Below, piece after piece: positions 24,100-45,010 of a DNA stretch of 64,000 bases (positions within the stretch are counted from its first letter, which is position 1; the number at the start of each line of letters is the position of its first letter). The stretch comes from Paraspadella gotoi. Taxonomy: Eukaryota > Animalia > Chaetognatha. The position numbers and the translations under genes were made by a program. Location: the NCBI GenBank assembly GCA_051294375.1, contig CM119270.1, positions 17,301,070-17,365,069 of the forward strand, given 5' to 3'. A model generated the notes under the pieces. The model was given only the letters and a program-made list of their open reading frames with translations, was not told the origin of the DNA and searched no databases.

Positions 24100-24338
24100 A
24101 AATGAGATGAGATGAGATGAGATGAGATGAGATGAGATGAGATGAGATGAGATAAGATGAAATCAGACTGAGATGAAATGAGATGAGATGAAATGAAATG
24201 AAAAGAAATGAAATGAAATGAGCAGAAATGAGCAGAAATGAAATGAAATGAAATCAAATGAGATGGGATGAGATGAGATGAGATGAAATGAGATGAAATG
24301 AGATGAGATGAGAAGAGATGAAATGAGATGAGATGAGA
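24100..24338. repeat. (ATGAG/ATGAA)n pentanucleotide microsatellite
   Basis: Visible array. Confidence 0.95.
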
Positions 24339-25849
24339 CTTTGAGGTCGACGCTTTTGGAGCTGATGAATGGAAAAAGGATCACGGAGTCATCGCCGATT
24401 TGGGTGAATGAAAACAGGCCGCGGAGAGAGGGAAGGGAGAGAGAAAGGGGGAGAGAGAGGGAGAGGAGAGAAAGTAAGTGTTACCTTGATTGAGAGCGAG
24501 ACGGTAAAGGATGTGAACAGGCAAATGGGGATGAAGTGGGAGAAAGGGTAAGACGGTGAGAGGAGTGATGAAGAGAAGGTGAGGAAAAAGGAAAAAGAGA
24601 GGCAAAGAGAAGAAGACGTGAATGATGAGAGAGGTTGAGAAGAATAGAAAAGCAGCGAAAATGTGAAGGAGAGAGTTTTAAAAGAGAGAGAGAGAGAGTA
24701 GAGAGAGAGAGGAGAGAGAAGAAGGAGAGGAGAGAGAGAGGCGTAAGAGTGAAGAGTTAATAAAGAGAAGAGGAAAAGAGGAAGAGAAAGGAGGGAAAGG
24801 CTGAGTTAAGAAGTAGGGAGAAATAGTGAGAAGAACAGGGAAAGAAAAATAGTCAGAATAGTTTTTTAAAAAAATGTTAAAGTCGATATTAATACGTTTA
24901 TCAGATCAGGTGAGTTCAACTTACCCACGATGTTCGCACGACTTGATTTTTGAAGATTCCAGGCGCGAGATTCCTGGTTGAAGAATTCGGTTCCATCGTG
25001 AGACGGAATCAAAATTGACTTTCTTTTTTTTTTGATTGAGTGAAAAGGTGAGTCTGTGAGTTAGTGAGAGAGATGGGGGAAGAAAGAAAGTAAGAGAAAA
25101 AGGGTGAGGGAGAAGACTGCAATAGCACAGCATCAGATTAATGGTTCTGTAAATAATGACGATTGAGTACAAAGTATTCATTATTTATTTAATAATTTAT
25201 TAATTATAATATTTTGTTCTTAAAAATGGAAAAAAAAGAGTGATTTTAAAGTGGATCTCCAAAAAATGATTGTTTAAGCTCGTTTAGGCTCGTTTATCGT
25301 TGGAACTTAGACAGCCAACCAATAGAAATTGCTTTCTATTCATATCGACTCATATTGGGATCATGGACAGAAGCTTCGGCGTTGTCGTCTTCTTTTTTCG
25401 TCGTCATCGTCGTCATCTTCCTCGTCGAGGTCGTCGTCATCGTCGTCGTTTTCGTCTTATTCAACATAAATTGTGTCTCTATTTTGAAAAAAGATGCCCG
25501 TCAACATCGTGAAAATCTTCGACATTGTCGTCGTCGTTATCATCATCGTCGTCGTCGTCGTCGTCATAATCTCTCTTCTTCGGTCACCAACCCTTTTCAT
25601 GTTGTTTATTCTTCGTTGCGTTTGACATTTGGTGTTTCGGGGGAATCTCTTGTAGAGAAAGGAAAGAAGAGAAGACAGAGAGAGAGAGAGAAAGAGAGAA
25701 AGAGAGAAAAATCAATACATTCCGTCCTTGCGTCTCCGGTCTTCCGTCTCTCTCTCTCTCTCTCTCCCTCTCCTTCTCTCTCGCTCCCTCTCTCTCTCTC
25801 TCTCTCCCTCTCTCTCTCCCTCTCTCTCTCGTTTCTCTTGTCAGATTTG

Positions 25850-28260
25850 ACGAACGAGATTCACATCACTTTTGTACTCAACGGATTCTCACAAACAACG
25901 AAGTCACCTTTCATTTCGTGAAACTTCAACTCATTAGCGTCGAGAGATTTTTTCACTAATTATCTCTTGACGTTTTTTACATATCGAGTTCTTTTTCATT
26001 TACTTTATTTTTAGCTCAACTTTTATTCTAATTCGGAACTCAAGATAAAATTGTTTATGAGATTGAAACAACCAATATAAATATTACTCATTCATTCAGT
26101 AAATACGTTCTCTATCCTTTTTATGAAGTCTCTATCCTTTTTATCTCTATCCTTTGTCTGAAGTCTCTATCCTTTTTATCTCTATCCTTTGTATGAAGTC
26201 TCTATCCTTTTTATCTCTATCCTTTGTATGTAGTCTCTATCCTTTTTATCTCTATCCTTTTTATGAAGTCTCTCTCAAAGACTTGTTCATAAACTCTCAG
26301 ATATCCGGGCTTCCCTATCAATTATTTCTATAAAATATTTTTTTTTCAATAAAAACTAACAATAAAAAAAAATTATATATAAATAATGCAAATTGTTATA
26401 AAAATTTGTAAACAAGATTATAAAATACAAAACTTAAAATAGGGAGACGAGTAATTCTTCAATTTTAAATTTTAACAACTTCCATCAGTTTACTCTTCTT
26501 CCTATTTTCCAATTCAGCAAAATGGCACAGTGACTCGTTGCTGCATTTCATTTTGTGTGGCATCGTTGCTGCATTGCATTTTGTGGCACCGTGGCATCAA
26601 CGGCATCATGCACCATGAATCCGTGATGAGACGAAAAACAGTTTCGACTTCGTGAGCGTGAAGTGAAACGACGACGACGACGACGATGACAGCGACGACG
26701 ACAGAGTCTCTGAATTCTTTTCTTTTCTTTTCTTTTCTTTTCTTTTCTTTNNNNNNNNNNNNNNNNNNNNNNNNNNNNNNNNNNNNNNNNNNNNNNNNNN
26801 NNNNNNNNNNNNNNNNNNNNNNNNNNNNNNNNNNNNNNNNNNNNNNNNNNNNNNNNNNNNNNNNNNNNNNNNNNNNNNNNNNNNNNNNNNNNNNNNNNNN
26901 NNNNNNNNNNNNNNNNNNNNNNNNNNNNNNNNNNNNTTTTTTTTTTGTCGATTCCGGGCGTCGGTACCCGCCGCCTCTCATCTCTTCAAGGATCAAGAGG
27001 TTTTGCGTTTCCGCGGTAATNNNNNNNNNNNNNNNNNNNNNNNNNTTCAACATCCACCTTTTGTTACTCAACGTGATTTTCTCACAAACAACGAACAGTC
27101 ACCTTTTCATTTCGTGTAAACTTCAACTCACTTAGCGTCGAGAGATGTTTTCTTCTATATTATCTCTTTGACGTTTTTTTACATATCTGCAGTTCTTTTT
27201 CATTTACTTTATTTTTATGGTATCGCCATCAACTTTTATTTTTCATATACGCGAACTCAAGATAAAAATTGTTCTATGCTTATGATTTGGAAACAACCAA
27301 TATAAATTATTATCTCATCTCATTCAGTAAATACGTTCTCTATTCCCTTTTTTATGAAAGCTCTCTATCCTTTTATATCCTCTATCTCTTTGTTCTGAAG
27401 TCTCTTTATCCTTTTTGCTTATCTCTATCCTTTGTATTGAAGTCTCCTTCCTTTTTACTCTCCGTATTATTTCTCTATCCTTTATCTCTTTCCTTATTTA
27501 TGTGACAGTCTCTCTCAATATGGACTTGATGATAACCCCCTCAAACTCTCCGGGCTTCCTCTATCATATAATATTCAATAAATATATTTACAATAAACAA
27601 CATATCTATGTATATATAATATATATAAAATTATTATATATAAATAATGCCAAATTGTTATAAAAATTGTAAACAAGATTATATAAATACAAAACTTAAA
27701 ATAGGAGACGAGTAAATTCTCCCCCTATATATATATTTACACAAACTTTCCATCAGTTTACTCTTTTTCTTCCTATTTTTTCCAACTTCAGCAAAAATAC
27801 GCACAGTGACTCGTTGCTGCATTTCATTTTTGCTGTTGGCATCGTTGCCCTGCCATTTGCATATTTGTGGCACCGTGCGCTGGCATCAACTCTATATGCA
27901 CCAATGCAATCCGTTGCATGATGACGAAAAAACAGTTTTCGACTTCGTGAGCGTTGTAAGTGCATAGAGCGACGACGACGACCGACGGATGACAGCGACG
28001 ACGGACAGAGTCTCTGAATTTCTTTTCTTTTCTTTTCTTTTTACTTTTCTTTTTCTTTTCTTTTTCTTTTCTTTTTCTTTTCTTTTCTTTTCTTTATCTT
28101 ATTCTTTTTCTTTTCTTAATTTCTCTTCTTTTTTTTTCTCATTCTTTCTTAAATTTCCTTTTCCTTTTTTTTTTGTCCGATTTCGCGCCGCGTCGTCACC
28201 CGCCGTGGCCTCTCATCTCTTCAAGGATCAGACGGTTTTGCGTCCATTCCGCGCTGCTAC
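25850..28260 (+). repeat. ~1.2 kb tandem duplication (25850-27020 vs 27045-28260), probably an assembly artefact
   Basis: Colinear matches, e.g. 'cttcaactcattagcgtcgagaga', 'ggcacagtgactcgttgctgcatttc' and 'ctctcatctcttcaaggatcaa'. The second copy has scattered single-base insertions and the copies abut an N gap. The first copy contains a 35-bp tandem repeat at 26110-26275. Confidence 0.85.
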
Positions 28261-29259
28261 ATCATCTCTCTCTCTCCTCCTTCTCTCTCTCTCTCTTCTC
28301 TTCTCTCTCTCGCTCTCTCTCTGTCTCTCTCTGCTCTCTCTCTCTCTCTCTCTCTCTTCTCTTCTCTCTTCTCTCTCTCTCTCCTTCTCTCTCTCTCTCT
28401 CTCTCTCGCTTAAAAAAGAAAATCAGTTAAAACACAAAAAAGCGCTCGCGGTGCATCTTATCTTCTCCATAGTTAATTGAGAAAAGTGGATTTTTCTGTT
28501 TAGTCGACAGCCTCTTTTCACTAGAGCGCGCCGATCTCGAAATCCCAAACGGCGAAAGTTAAACAGATGAGAGAGAGAGAGGAGAAAGAGGTGTGTATAA
28601 GATGAGGAGATGAGACGAAAGAGAGAAAGAATGGAGAGAGCAACACGATTTCGCGCCCCCTGCGAAAAGAGTAGAAAAGAAGAGACGAGAGAGAGAAAAG
28701 AGAGTTTACTGACCGACATGGTTAGACAGTTACAAACCTTACAGAACGGATCCGAAAGACAGCAAGATAGAAAAGAGAAACCCTTAGCGAGATATATTAT
28801 ATGTATATATATATATACAGCAAAAGAAGAGAAAGCCATTTAATGGACCCACCGAGAAAGGACAGAAACACAGAAAAAAAGATCGAAGCGAGCACAAGAT
28901 CTAAATGAGCGCTCTGCAATATCTATTTGGCATATATGTCTCCTGATCCTGCGAACGATGTTTGTGTTCGACCACCGACGCGTGTGACGATCACGGCGGT
29001 GAACCTAGTTTTGAACGTAAGCCGAAATTAATGTGAATGAATCGTATATAGGAATTAATTTTGTGAATGAGAATGAATCGATGTTAAACAATGCGAAGAA
29101 GTTTTGAATCGGGCTCGCTGAAGTGGTACTTATCATATGCTTCTGTGCCCTCCCCCAGCAGCAATGAAAGGGTCGTGGGCTTGAGAGCCCTATGCCTCCC
29201 AACAGGCAAGTTAACAGCCGTCCTCACGCTTTTCCCGCAGTCGCGTAGGCACCATCTGT

Positions 29260-29791
29260 GCGGCATCGATCTCGTACCAATTTGGGCGATCGATCTCGGT
29301 ACCAGTTGGCGGCATCGCATCTCGGTAACAATTGGGTATCTGATCTCGGTTACCTAATTGGAGGCATCGATCTCTTATCTATAATGCGGTCATCTGATTC
29401 TCAGCGTACAATTGGGGAGTTCGCATCTACGGTACAATTTGGGATCCGATCTCGGTTATAATTGGCGGTACTCGATTTCTCCTGGTACAATTGGGATCGA
29501 TCTGTACATTGGATCGATCACTTGGTAGCAATTTGGGATCGATTCTCTAAATGAATCCGATGCTACAATTGGGGATTCGATCTCGCTTTACAATTGGGGA
29601 TACACTCCGATCTTGGTATCTAATTTGGCGGGATCGATCCTGGTTTCCTGACGCCTGGATGGTATGCACTCAATGAGCCATGTGGGTCACGATGAAGGCG
29701 GACAATTTGCTTATATCTGCATCCCACTAAAAATTCTTCTTGTCTTTCTGTCTTTCTGGTATTCGTCTCGTCTCCTCGTCTCTCTCTCTCT

Positions 29792-29829
<38 letters not shown>

Positions 29830-32800
29830 TCTCTCACTCTCCCTTCTCTCTCTATTTCAACCAGATGACGGCATTTCCCAGTCTCCAAGACGATATCTTT
29901 TTGCTTCTTTTTAAACCTTTCTCCTTTCGCTTTCTTTCTTCCTCTCATGTCTACATCGTCTTCTCGTCTCCTTCAAAAATCCAGCAATCTTCTTTTGTCA
30001 ATTTTCGAAGATGAGACAATGCGTGCGTCCGGGATTTTTCCCTTCTCTACAGCTTCCAGCGCCCTTTCGTCCCCCCCTCCTACTTTAAAAGCTTCAAACG
30101 ACAAAAGTGTCAAGAAAGTTTGTTTTTCACAATGAACGATGATTGACAAAGCTTTTAGGCAAAAAAAAAAAAAAAGAAAAATAGGGCGAAAAGGCCGGAA
30201 GGGCCACTTTTAACGGCGGTAAGTGTTCTTCGGAAATTGAATTCTTGCTTTGTGTGTGATGCTTGAGAGAGAGAGAGTAGATGATGACGGAGACGAGACG
30301 AGAGAGAGAGAGAGAGAGAGAGATGACGAGATGAGAGGAGAGAGAGACGAGAGAAAAAGAAAAGATTAAATTTTATAGGGGATAAAATTTCATTTTTTTA
30401 TCCGAAAGAACAGTGTTAAAGATGTCTTGCCGTAATTTTAATGAAATAAAAACAAATATTCGATGCTTTAATAGAGCCTTCTCGATAATAACATGTGAAA
30501 ATGCTACTTTGTGAAAAAGATTTGGATCTTTTGTTCTCGCGTCTGCTCCCTTTACTCTTGGCCATATAGACTTCACACTTGATCGGCAAACAATTAATCA
30601 ACGCATTTCATAAATTGTTTCTTTTCTGACCAATATGGCGCAATGGTTTTTAAACCAAATGTTAAGCCTTTAATATAATACTTCTATAAATTTTTAGTTT
30701 CCTCTCATCTTCCCTGTTTCATAACTTATCATTTCAATTACTTTACCTTTTCTATATTCAATCTTATTCCTTCTAGTATTGCGCCAGGTCACGCAACTCT
30801 TACTAAGTCACATTCTTCGTGCGGTCGGCTGTCCGCGTCCCGAGTTGATCCATCCGCGTCTATCTCACTCTTAAGTAAATGGACATCATTACTAATTTGC
30901 CTGATATTTCGGCTTTACTCATTTTGTTAAGACAGAAAGAAACCCTCAAATCTAAAGGGAACATGCCTTTGCGCCGCCTTCAGGGAATTTCTTCAAAACT
31001 ATAAGAATAAAAGACATGTATTTGATGCAGTGCATGTCATAATGACCCGAAAGGCGAAGATAATTATCTAATTGAGTCAGTTCTGTCCATGTCATAATCA
31101 TGTATGACAAGGGCAAATCCGAGCCAACTGGCCATAACATTAATTACCGTTCTTTTCTCCCTTATTTCCTCGCATCCAATTTTCTTTTTCCTCATCACAA
31201 ATTTCTTTTTCTTCTTATTTTTTTTTTCCTTTCTTTCTTATTTTCCTTTTCTTTTATTTCTTTCGCTCCTTCCTTCAAATTTCGAATATTCATTCCATTA
31301 CTCTTGCCGTCCGCTCTCGCTTTCATCACCCTTCCGCGCGCCGTAGGAGGGCCATAAGCGCCAAAATCTTCCTTTTTGCCATTTTTCTTTCAACTTCTTT
31401 CTTTTTTTCTTCCTTCGTATCTGTTTTTTTTTTCAATCTTTTTTTTTTTACAGGATCAAAGGAGGAAGAATGACGTGCAGATATTTCGCACATCCGCCCG
31501 CATCGCGTGCGAAATTTGCTATGACGCTCTGAAGGGAAGAAGATTCGACGTTCCCAATTAAGTCGAGCAGATTGAGACGAAGAGAGATGTTTACGATTCG
31601 CAGAGAGAGAGACGAGAGAGAGAGAGAGAGAGACGAGAGCAAGAGAGCAGGTGTATTACTATATGAAAGCGCAGCAGAGATACGCGAGCCGAGACAGCGA
31701 GAGACAGATGGAAAAAAAAAGAGTGTACAATAATGAACACCATATCAAAAAATTTAAGTAACAAAAAAAGATGAATCGCGTCATATACCATTTGCCATCT
31801 AGCATCTGCCATCTGTCTTTTTTTATCCGCCCTCCGCCATCAGAGAGAAATGGGTAAGAAATTGAGTCCGATCGATTTTAGGCAGATGACGAAGGAGAAG
31901 CCGAGATTGCTTCTCAATTTATGATGTCAAAACCAAGCATTCTGACAATCTTTCAATCTTTCTTACAATCATTAAATCGACTCTTTAATTAATAGAGCTT
32001 GATAATAAAAGTCATGAGAAGACAAAAGCGAAATTCAACTAATTTATTCGAAAACTTTTCACAAGTCAATATTCAAATGTCTTACGTATCTCCCTCAAGT
32101 GAGTTGTTCCACTTACATTAAGTCTCACAAGGGGTTTCTAGGACGGGTCGATAAGAGAGAGAGAGAGAGAGAGGAGAGAGAGCAGAAGAGGAGAGAGAGA
32201 GAGAGAGAGAGACGAGAGAGAGAGACGAGAGATGAGAAGAGAGAGATGAGAGACGCAGAGAGAGAACGGATATGGAACAAGTTTAGGGATATACGACGAG
32301 ATCCGACACAGGAGACGGAGCAGTCACACGCCCTCTCAGGAGAGAGAGGAGCGAGAGACGGAGAGAGAGAGAGAAGCAGATAGAGAGAGCAGAGACGGAG
32401 GAGAGAGAGAGAGAGAGCCTGACGCAAGGAGAGAGAGGAGAGAGTTGGTCTATTTAAGACACGAAGGATCTTTCGTTCAAGCATGGGAATGTCTCCATCC
32501 CGATCCGCTCACTGAACGAGTGAAAAACCAGAGAACGACACCCATTTTGGACTTGTCTTATCGTTTGCATTTTCTAAATTCTCCTAAACTTTCGTATTCA
32601 ATTCTCTTCTTACAAAATTATAATTTTTCTAAAACTTCAAGTCCGAAACAATTCGTCTTTCGCTCGAAGAGCCCTTTTTTTGCCAGTGAAGTGGAACAAC
32701 TCACTTGAAGGGAGTATAAGCGTAAACATTGAATATTGACCTGCTGAGAAAAGTTTTCGCGACCATAAGATACAATTCAGCTGAATTTACGCCTTTTGTT

Positions 32801-35800
32801 CATTCTCCATGCACTTTTATAATCCAAGCTTTATTAATTAAAGAATCGCATATAATGATTAAGGGATCAAATTGAAAGATTCGTCAGAATATGCTTCACC
32901 CTTGACGGTATGACTGTTCTTGACTTCATAAATTTTGAGAAGCGAATCTCGGCGTTCTCCGTTGTCAATCTGCCCATAAACAATCGATCGGGAACTCAAT
33001 TTCTTACCCGAATTCTCTTCCGTGATGGCGGCCAGGGCGCTGCGATCGCGCCACTCCAACCGTACAAACCACCAGCACCCGCAGGAATAAGAGACACACA
33101 ACGAAAACAACAAAGTCCCGGACTTGGCCAGGATGCTAGTCACTACGAGATGGGAATGGTATATGACGCGACTTCATCTTTTTTTCGTACTTAAAATTTT
33201 TTTCGACTATGAGGTCGTTCATTTTACTACATACTCTTTCTCTCACCTCAGCGGACACACGCTCGCTCAGCACTTATTCTCTACTTTCCGATTGTTTCGT
33301 CCCCTTCGGCTGTTTCTGTTCTTCCTCTACCATTGCTCCTCCGTCTCCCTCTCCGTCTTTTCTCTCTCTGCCTCTCTCTCTCTCGTCTCTCTCTCTCTCT
33401 CTCCCTCTCTCTCTCTATCTCTTATTAAATCTTCTCTCTCTCGCTCCTCTCGCTTCGCTCTCTCTCGTCTCTCTCTCTCTCAAACCTCTCTCTCTCCTCT
33501 CTCTGCCTCTCCTTCTCCTCTCTCTCTCTCTCTCTCTCATCTCGTCTTAATTGGGCGCGCTCTTAATCTTCTTCGCCCTCTCTTTCTTCAATTTCGACCA
33601 ATCAGTGCGCTGTTCGAAATTCTCTTCTCGCTCCTGTTGATTCTAGTAAATAAACAAGTCTTTGAGCAAACAATGTCGCGGATCTGCCTACGATAATGTA
33701 AGTGGTAATAAGCTAACTTCGGGTCCAACTTGGCATAATTTTAATCAACTTGATAATTTGCCGTCAACTGACCATAATTTGGTTAACTGACTTAAATTTG
33801 GTCTACTGACGATAATGTTGGCCTCAAACTGAAATAATTTTGCGTTCAACCTGACATAATTTGAGATCAATTAAGGATGGAACTTTGGTCAACCGGCGAT
33901 AATTTTGCGCTCCCAACTGGCATAACATTGTTATCCAACTGGCATTTAAATTTGTGTCAAAGCAGGCATTTAATATCTTGGCTTTCCAACTTGCAGAACT
34001 TGATCAACTTGCAGAATTTTCGGTCGACACACTAGCAATAATATTGGGTCAACTTTAAGAATTTGGTCAACTGGCCTAATATTTTTTCCAATTGCAATAA
34101 TTGCTGGTTCCAAATCAATCAATCAAATCAATCAATCAATCAATCCAATCAAATCAAACGAGAGATAAGAGATGAGAGAAACCTTTTAAAAAATTCAACA
34201 TTAAATGTGTCTTTTGGTTTTCTTAATTTGAAACTCTTTTTCCACTCCTACGCATTCCATCAAAAAGATTTAATATCCAGCTTTTATCACATACTTTCCT
34301 TACCCACACAACAAATTCAATCTCTCAGATTCTATCTATCCAATTTTTTTCAATAAATACATAATAATTATGCAGTAAATTTAAGTAAAAACACTTCAAA
34401 TACGTAAATATGACCTTTTGTTTTTCTCCATCTGTTAACTCATCTCCACTCGCACCGATTCCATCGAAAAACTTCCTATCATCCAACTCAATCACACCCA
34501 CTTTCCGCTACCAGTAGCATACAAAATTTTCAAGTCAACTTGCCCTACTCACTCATGAGCAATGGCGGTTCACAAATAGTGCAAACGCATATTTTTTTGT
34601 TTTTTCCATTTAAACCAATCTCCCACTTTGCACCGCATTCCCTCGATAACCATCACTCCAAACTTCTACCACTCTCAAATCACCACAGTTTCCTACCCAC
34701 ACACAATAATTTTCATACCCAATCCATCCATCCAATTCCACGAGTTAATTGGAAGATTTTTGCTAGGGGCGATGGACGGACGGAGCAGCACGGACGGACA
34801 CAACATCATTTTATCTCTTACATAATTTATCACCTAATTCGCATGAAAAATTTCTGACGATGATTATGAAAGTGGTGGAGGTGCCTCGGACAATATTGGC
34901 AGGGGGCGCGGACCGACGGACCGACACAAGTGCAATCTATAGAGCTTCGGATCCTGCTGATAAGCAGATCCGACTCACAAAAAGATTTGAAAAAAAAAAA
35001 GATTGAAGGAAGAAAAAAAGCAAAGAAGTTGAAAGCAAAATGAAAAAGAAGATCATGGCAGGCTTTGGCCTCTCAGCGCTGCGGAAGGGTGTGATGAAAG
35101 CCAGACGGGGCAGATGAAGGAATGATATAGTTCGAATTATGAAGGAAGGAGGACAAGAAATAGAAAGAAAAGAATAATAAGAAGAGAAGGAAAAAAAAGA
35201 AGAAAAAGAAATTTGATGGAGGAAAAAGACATAAGAAATGGAATGGAGGAAAATAAAGCCGAAAATAAGAACGTGTAATATGTCAATGTTGTTGCCGCCC
35301 ATGGACTGCATATTCCGCCTTTGATCCATGATACATTCAGCATGCACTAAACGAGCTATTTTCTTCGCCTCGTGATCATTTATGAAAGTGCAGTGACAAT
35401 TAATACGTCTTTTCATCACCATATAGTTTTGGAAATTTCCTGAAGCCGGCGGCGCAAAGCTGTTCCTTTAGATTTGAGGGTTTCTCTTCATGCTAACAAA
35501 ATGAGGTAAAGCCAAATCATACGGACGAAATTAAGTAAACTGTCCATTTTTACTAGAGATGTAGACTTAGACGCATGAGACAGATCATAGCGCCGACCGG
35601 ACAATGCATAAACGACGTAGACTTGCTTAGTAGACGATTGTCTCCGACACTCGGCGGCACAACCTAGCTAAGAAGGAGTTAAATTCGAATATAGAAGACG
35701 GTTAAAGTAAATTCTAGGATATAAGATATTCTGAAACAGGGATGGAGAGCGAAACTAAACAATGTTATTAACGAAGAAATATTATATATTAAAAGGCTTA

Positions 35801-37160
35801 AGCATGGTTTAAAAACCATGCGCATATTGGTCAGAAGAAAAACCAAGTTTATGGAATGCGTGATAATCTGCTTTGCGTACATGCATAACAAAAGTGTGGA
35901 TACTTTGGACCAAAGAGAAAGGAGCGACGCGAGAACAAAAGTCAATCTTTTTTCACAAAGTAGATCTTCACAGGCTTAAATTTCACGAGAAGGCTTCTTT
36001 TTCAGTAAACGCAGTACGAATATGTTTTTTTATTTCTGCAGTTAAACTTAGAAGATCCTTACGAACTGCTCTTTTCGGATAAAAAAAATGAAATTTTATC
36101 CCCTCGTAAAATCTTAATTTTCTTTTTCTCGTCTGTGGTCTCTCTCCTGCTAACGATCTTATCTTCACTTCTCCTCGTCTCTGTCTCTCTCGTGCTCTCG
36201 TCTCGTCTCTCGTCATCATTCGCTCTTCTCTCATGCTCACCAATCAGAAGCAGAATCAAATTTCCGAAGAAACTCATTCCCGCCGTTAATAAAGCTCGCC
36301 CTTCGGCCTTTCTCGCCCTTTGTTTTTTCTTTTTTTTTGTTTGCCTAAAAAGACTTGTCATCATCGTATCATAGAAAACATTTCTTGACACTTTTTGGCT
36401 TTATTGCGAATCAGACTTTTAAAGTAAGGCCGAAAGGCGCTGAACTGTTTAGTAGAAAGGAAAACTCCCGCGCATCGAATCTCATCTCGGCTATAAAGTA
36501 CAAAAGAAAATTGCCTTCTGGACTTTGCATACGAAGCAGACGAAGAAGACGCATTTAGAGCGCATGAAGGAGGCGGACAAAAAACGGAAAAAAGCGTTTA
36601 AAAGCCCAAAAGATATCGTCGTACTGGACAGAGCTGCGGGATAACATGCGGTTCATTTGAGTTGAAATGATCGAGCAGAGCGAGACGCCGAGAGTGAGGA
36701 CGTGACGAGGACGAAGAGGAGGAGCGACAGATAGACGCAGAACAGGACGAAGGATGAGAGGAGCAGACGAGCCAGCCGTATACCGACGAGCAGCACTGGG
36801 AGAGAGAAGCCGCATGCCCCGAGCGGAGACGAGAGAGAGAACGAGAGAGAGACAGAAAGACGTCCACAGAGAGAAAACAAAGACGAAAAGAAGAATTTTC
36901 TACAGTACCGGGGACATGTGCCAATATAAGCACTGCTCCCCCCTCTCACATTAGGTAACCCCGACGATGGTGCCCTCATTGCAGTCATCACCCATCGCAG
37001 CTCAAGAAACGAGGTTTGGTACCGAGATCGATCCCCAATCTGTAACCGAAGACTCGATCCCCAATTGTACCGAGATCGCACTCCCCAATTAATTTACCGC
37101 AGATCGATCCCCAATTGTACCGAAAGATCGCGATCGCCCTAATTTCACCGAGCATCGATC
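29260..37160. repeat. ~8 kb imperfect inverted duplication centred near 32400
   Basis: 32091 'ccctcaagtgagttgttccactt' vs ~32690 'aagtggaacaactcacttgaaggg'. 30943 'ccctcaaatctaaagg...gcgccgccttcagggaattt' vs ~35430-35480 reverse complement. The 22-bp 'gatctcggtacaattggggatc' array (29265-29640) has its reverse complement at 37015-37160. Confidence 0.85.
33715..34100. repeat. Degenerate ~19-20-bp tandem repeat (ggtcaactggcataattt)
   Basis: Repeated caactg-cataattt cores. Confidence 0.7.
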
Positions 37161-38097
37161 GCCCGAATGGGTAGGATGAGCAGATGGCAGCGAATCCAGT
37201 AATTTCTATTCTCGGTATCAGAAGGCGAAAAAATAATATGGAATTTGATAGCGCACAAAAAAACAAGGGCTTGGGTTTTGAAACGGCCTATTTAGACTTG
37301 TATGGTAAAAGTCAGGCTTGAAAATGACAAAGATGTTATGTGTTTTGCTGCGACATTACTAAGGTAGCGGCAAAGGGCGTAAGTCTAACAAGAAATCGGG
37401 AAAAAGAGAGAGTGATTTGTGAAATATAAAAATATCTGGAAGAATTAGGTAACAGAAGACGAGATATTGTTCTTGGTTTATTTGTAGCGCAAAAAACTAG
37501 GCTGTCCGCGACAAAAACCTCTGGTTACAGGAGATGCAAATGCTATTTTTCTTTCAACAAATTGATTCATTGTTGAATTTCCCAAAATGCCGCCGATGCG
37601 CAAACTAAATGCCGCTCAGCCCAGCAGCGTCTCTAGTCGATTTGTATATTAATCTTCTCCTACTGTATATTAAGGCCTCAATGAATCATAAATGCTACAT
37701 GAAACTGAATATCCGCAAGTACTACGTCTTATCTTATGATCTTAAGATATCTCTCTCTTTANNNNNNNNNNNNNNNNNNNNNNNNNTGACAACGAAGAAT
37801 CCACCACGTGAAATTTCCGTCTGGGGAAAAATTTCATTCGATGTGACGATTGTAAGGACAATGTGACGTGGGTGAATCCAGTGGCATCGCCGATTCTGTA
37901 GATTGCAGAGACTTAAAACAGTCAGCCTGTCTGAGTGACGGAAGACAGAAATTAAGTCAAAAACAGTGACGAAAAGGAGGAAGAAGGCGAGAAAGAGTAT
38001 AATGACTAATACGACGACGATGACAAAAACGACGAAGTAAAAACATAGTCGTTGATAATGAGGAAGAAGACAAAGACGAAGACAACGACGAAGAAAA

Positions 38098-38245
38098 GAT
38101 GAAGTCAACGACGAAGACAACGACGAAGATAATGACGAAGACAACGACGAAGACAACGACGAAGAAGACGACGAAGACAACGACGAAGACAACGACGAAG
38201 ATAACGACGAAGACAACGACGAAGATAACGACGAAGACAACGAAG
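38098..38245. repeat. 12-bp tandem repeat (gacgaagacaac)n
   Basis: About 12 copies; reads DEDN on the plus strand. Confidence 0.9.
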
Positions 38246-38893
38246 TCGACATTATTCTCTGCTGTGCGAATCAATAAAAAGTGGATCTGTCTCTCGAGTC
38301 GAGTTGATCGACAAATTCTTCGGGTGGAAGTGGCGCCGCTTGGTTGGGGGCGGGGCGGTAGGTTATCGATGGTTCACTGTGACGATAAAATAATCCTGAA
38401 GGAACCAAGAGAAGAGAGTGTCGGCGTGTCTCTCTGAGGGTGTGGATAGCCCTCACGCTAAAAATTCCAACCGGCCCGTCCCAACTTTGCAAGGAGCGTT
38501 CGGCGCAGAGATAGAACCCGGGATCATTGGGTTCAGAGAGGAAGCGTTAGCCCAGTACGCTATTACGGCGCTGACGGAAAGAACTTTCAAAACAAAAAAA
38601 TTCAAAATGATAAACAAAAAATTTGCGAAACAAGACATCTCTATTTATTTTAAAAATGGCCGTCGGTTCTGCCTTTTCAAAAAAAAAAAGAAGATATTTT
38701 GTCTATTTACCCCAGATGTTTTTCTTTTTAGAATTTGCTACAGATGATTGTCTATTCAATTCGTGACGGATGAACGCTATCCGATTATTTACAAACGACA
38801 GTCATTCGCATTTGCAACGGATGATCGTCCATCCAGTTTTCTACAAATGATTGGACATTCCTATTAGCTACAGATGATCGCCCATCCAATTGG

Positions 38894-45010
<6,117 letters not shown>

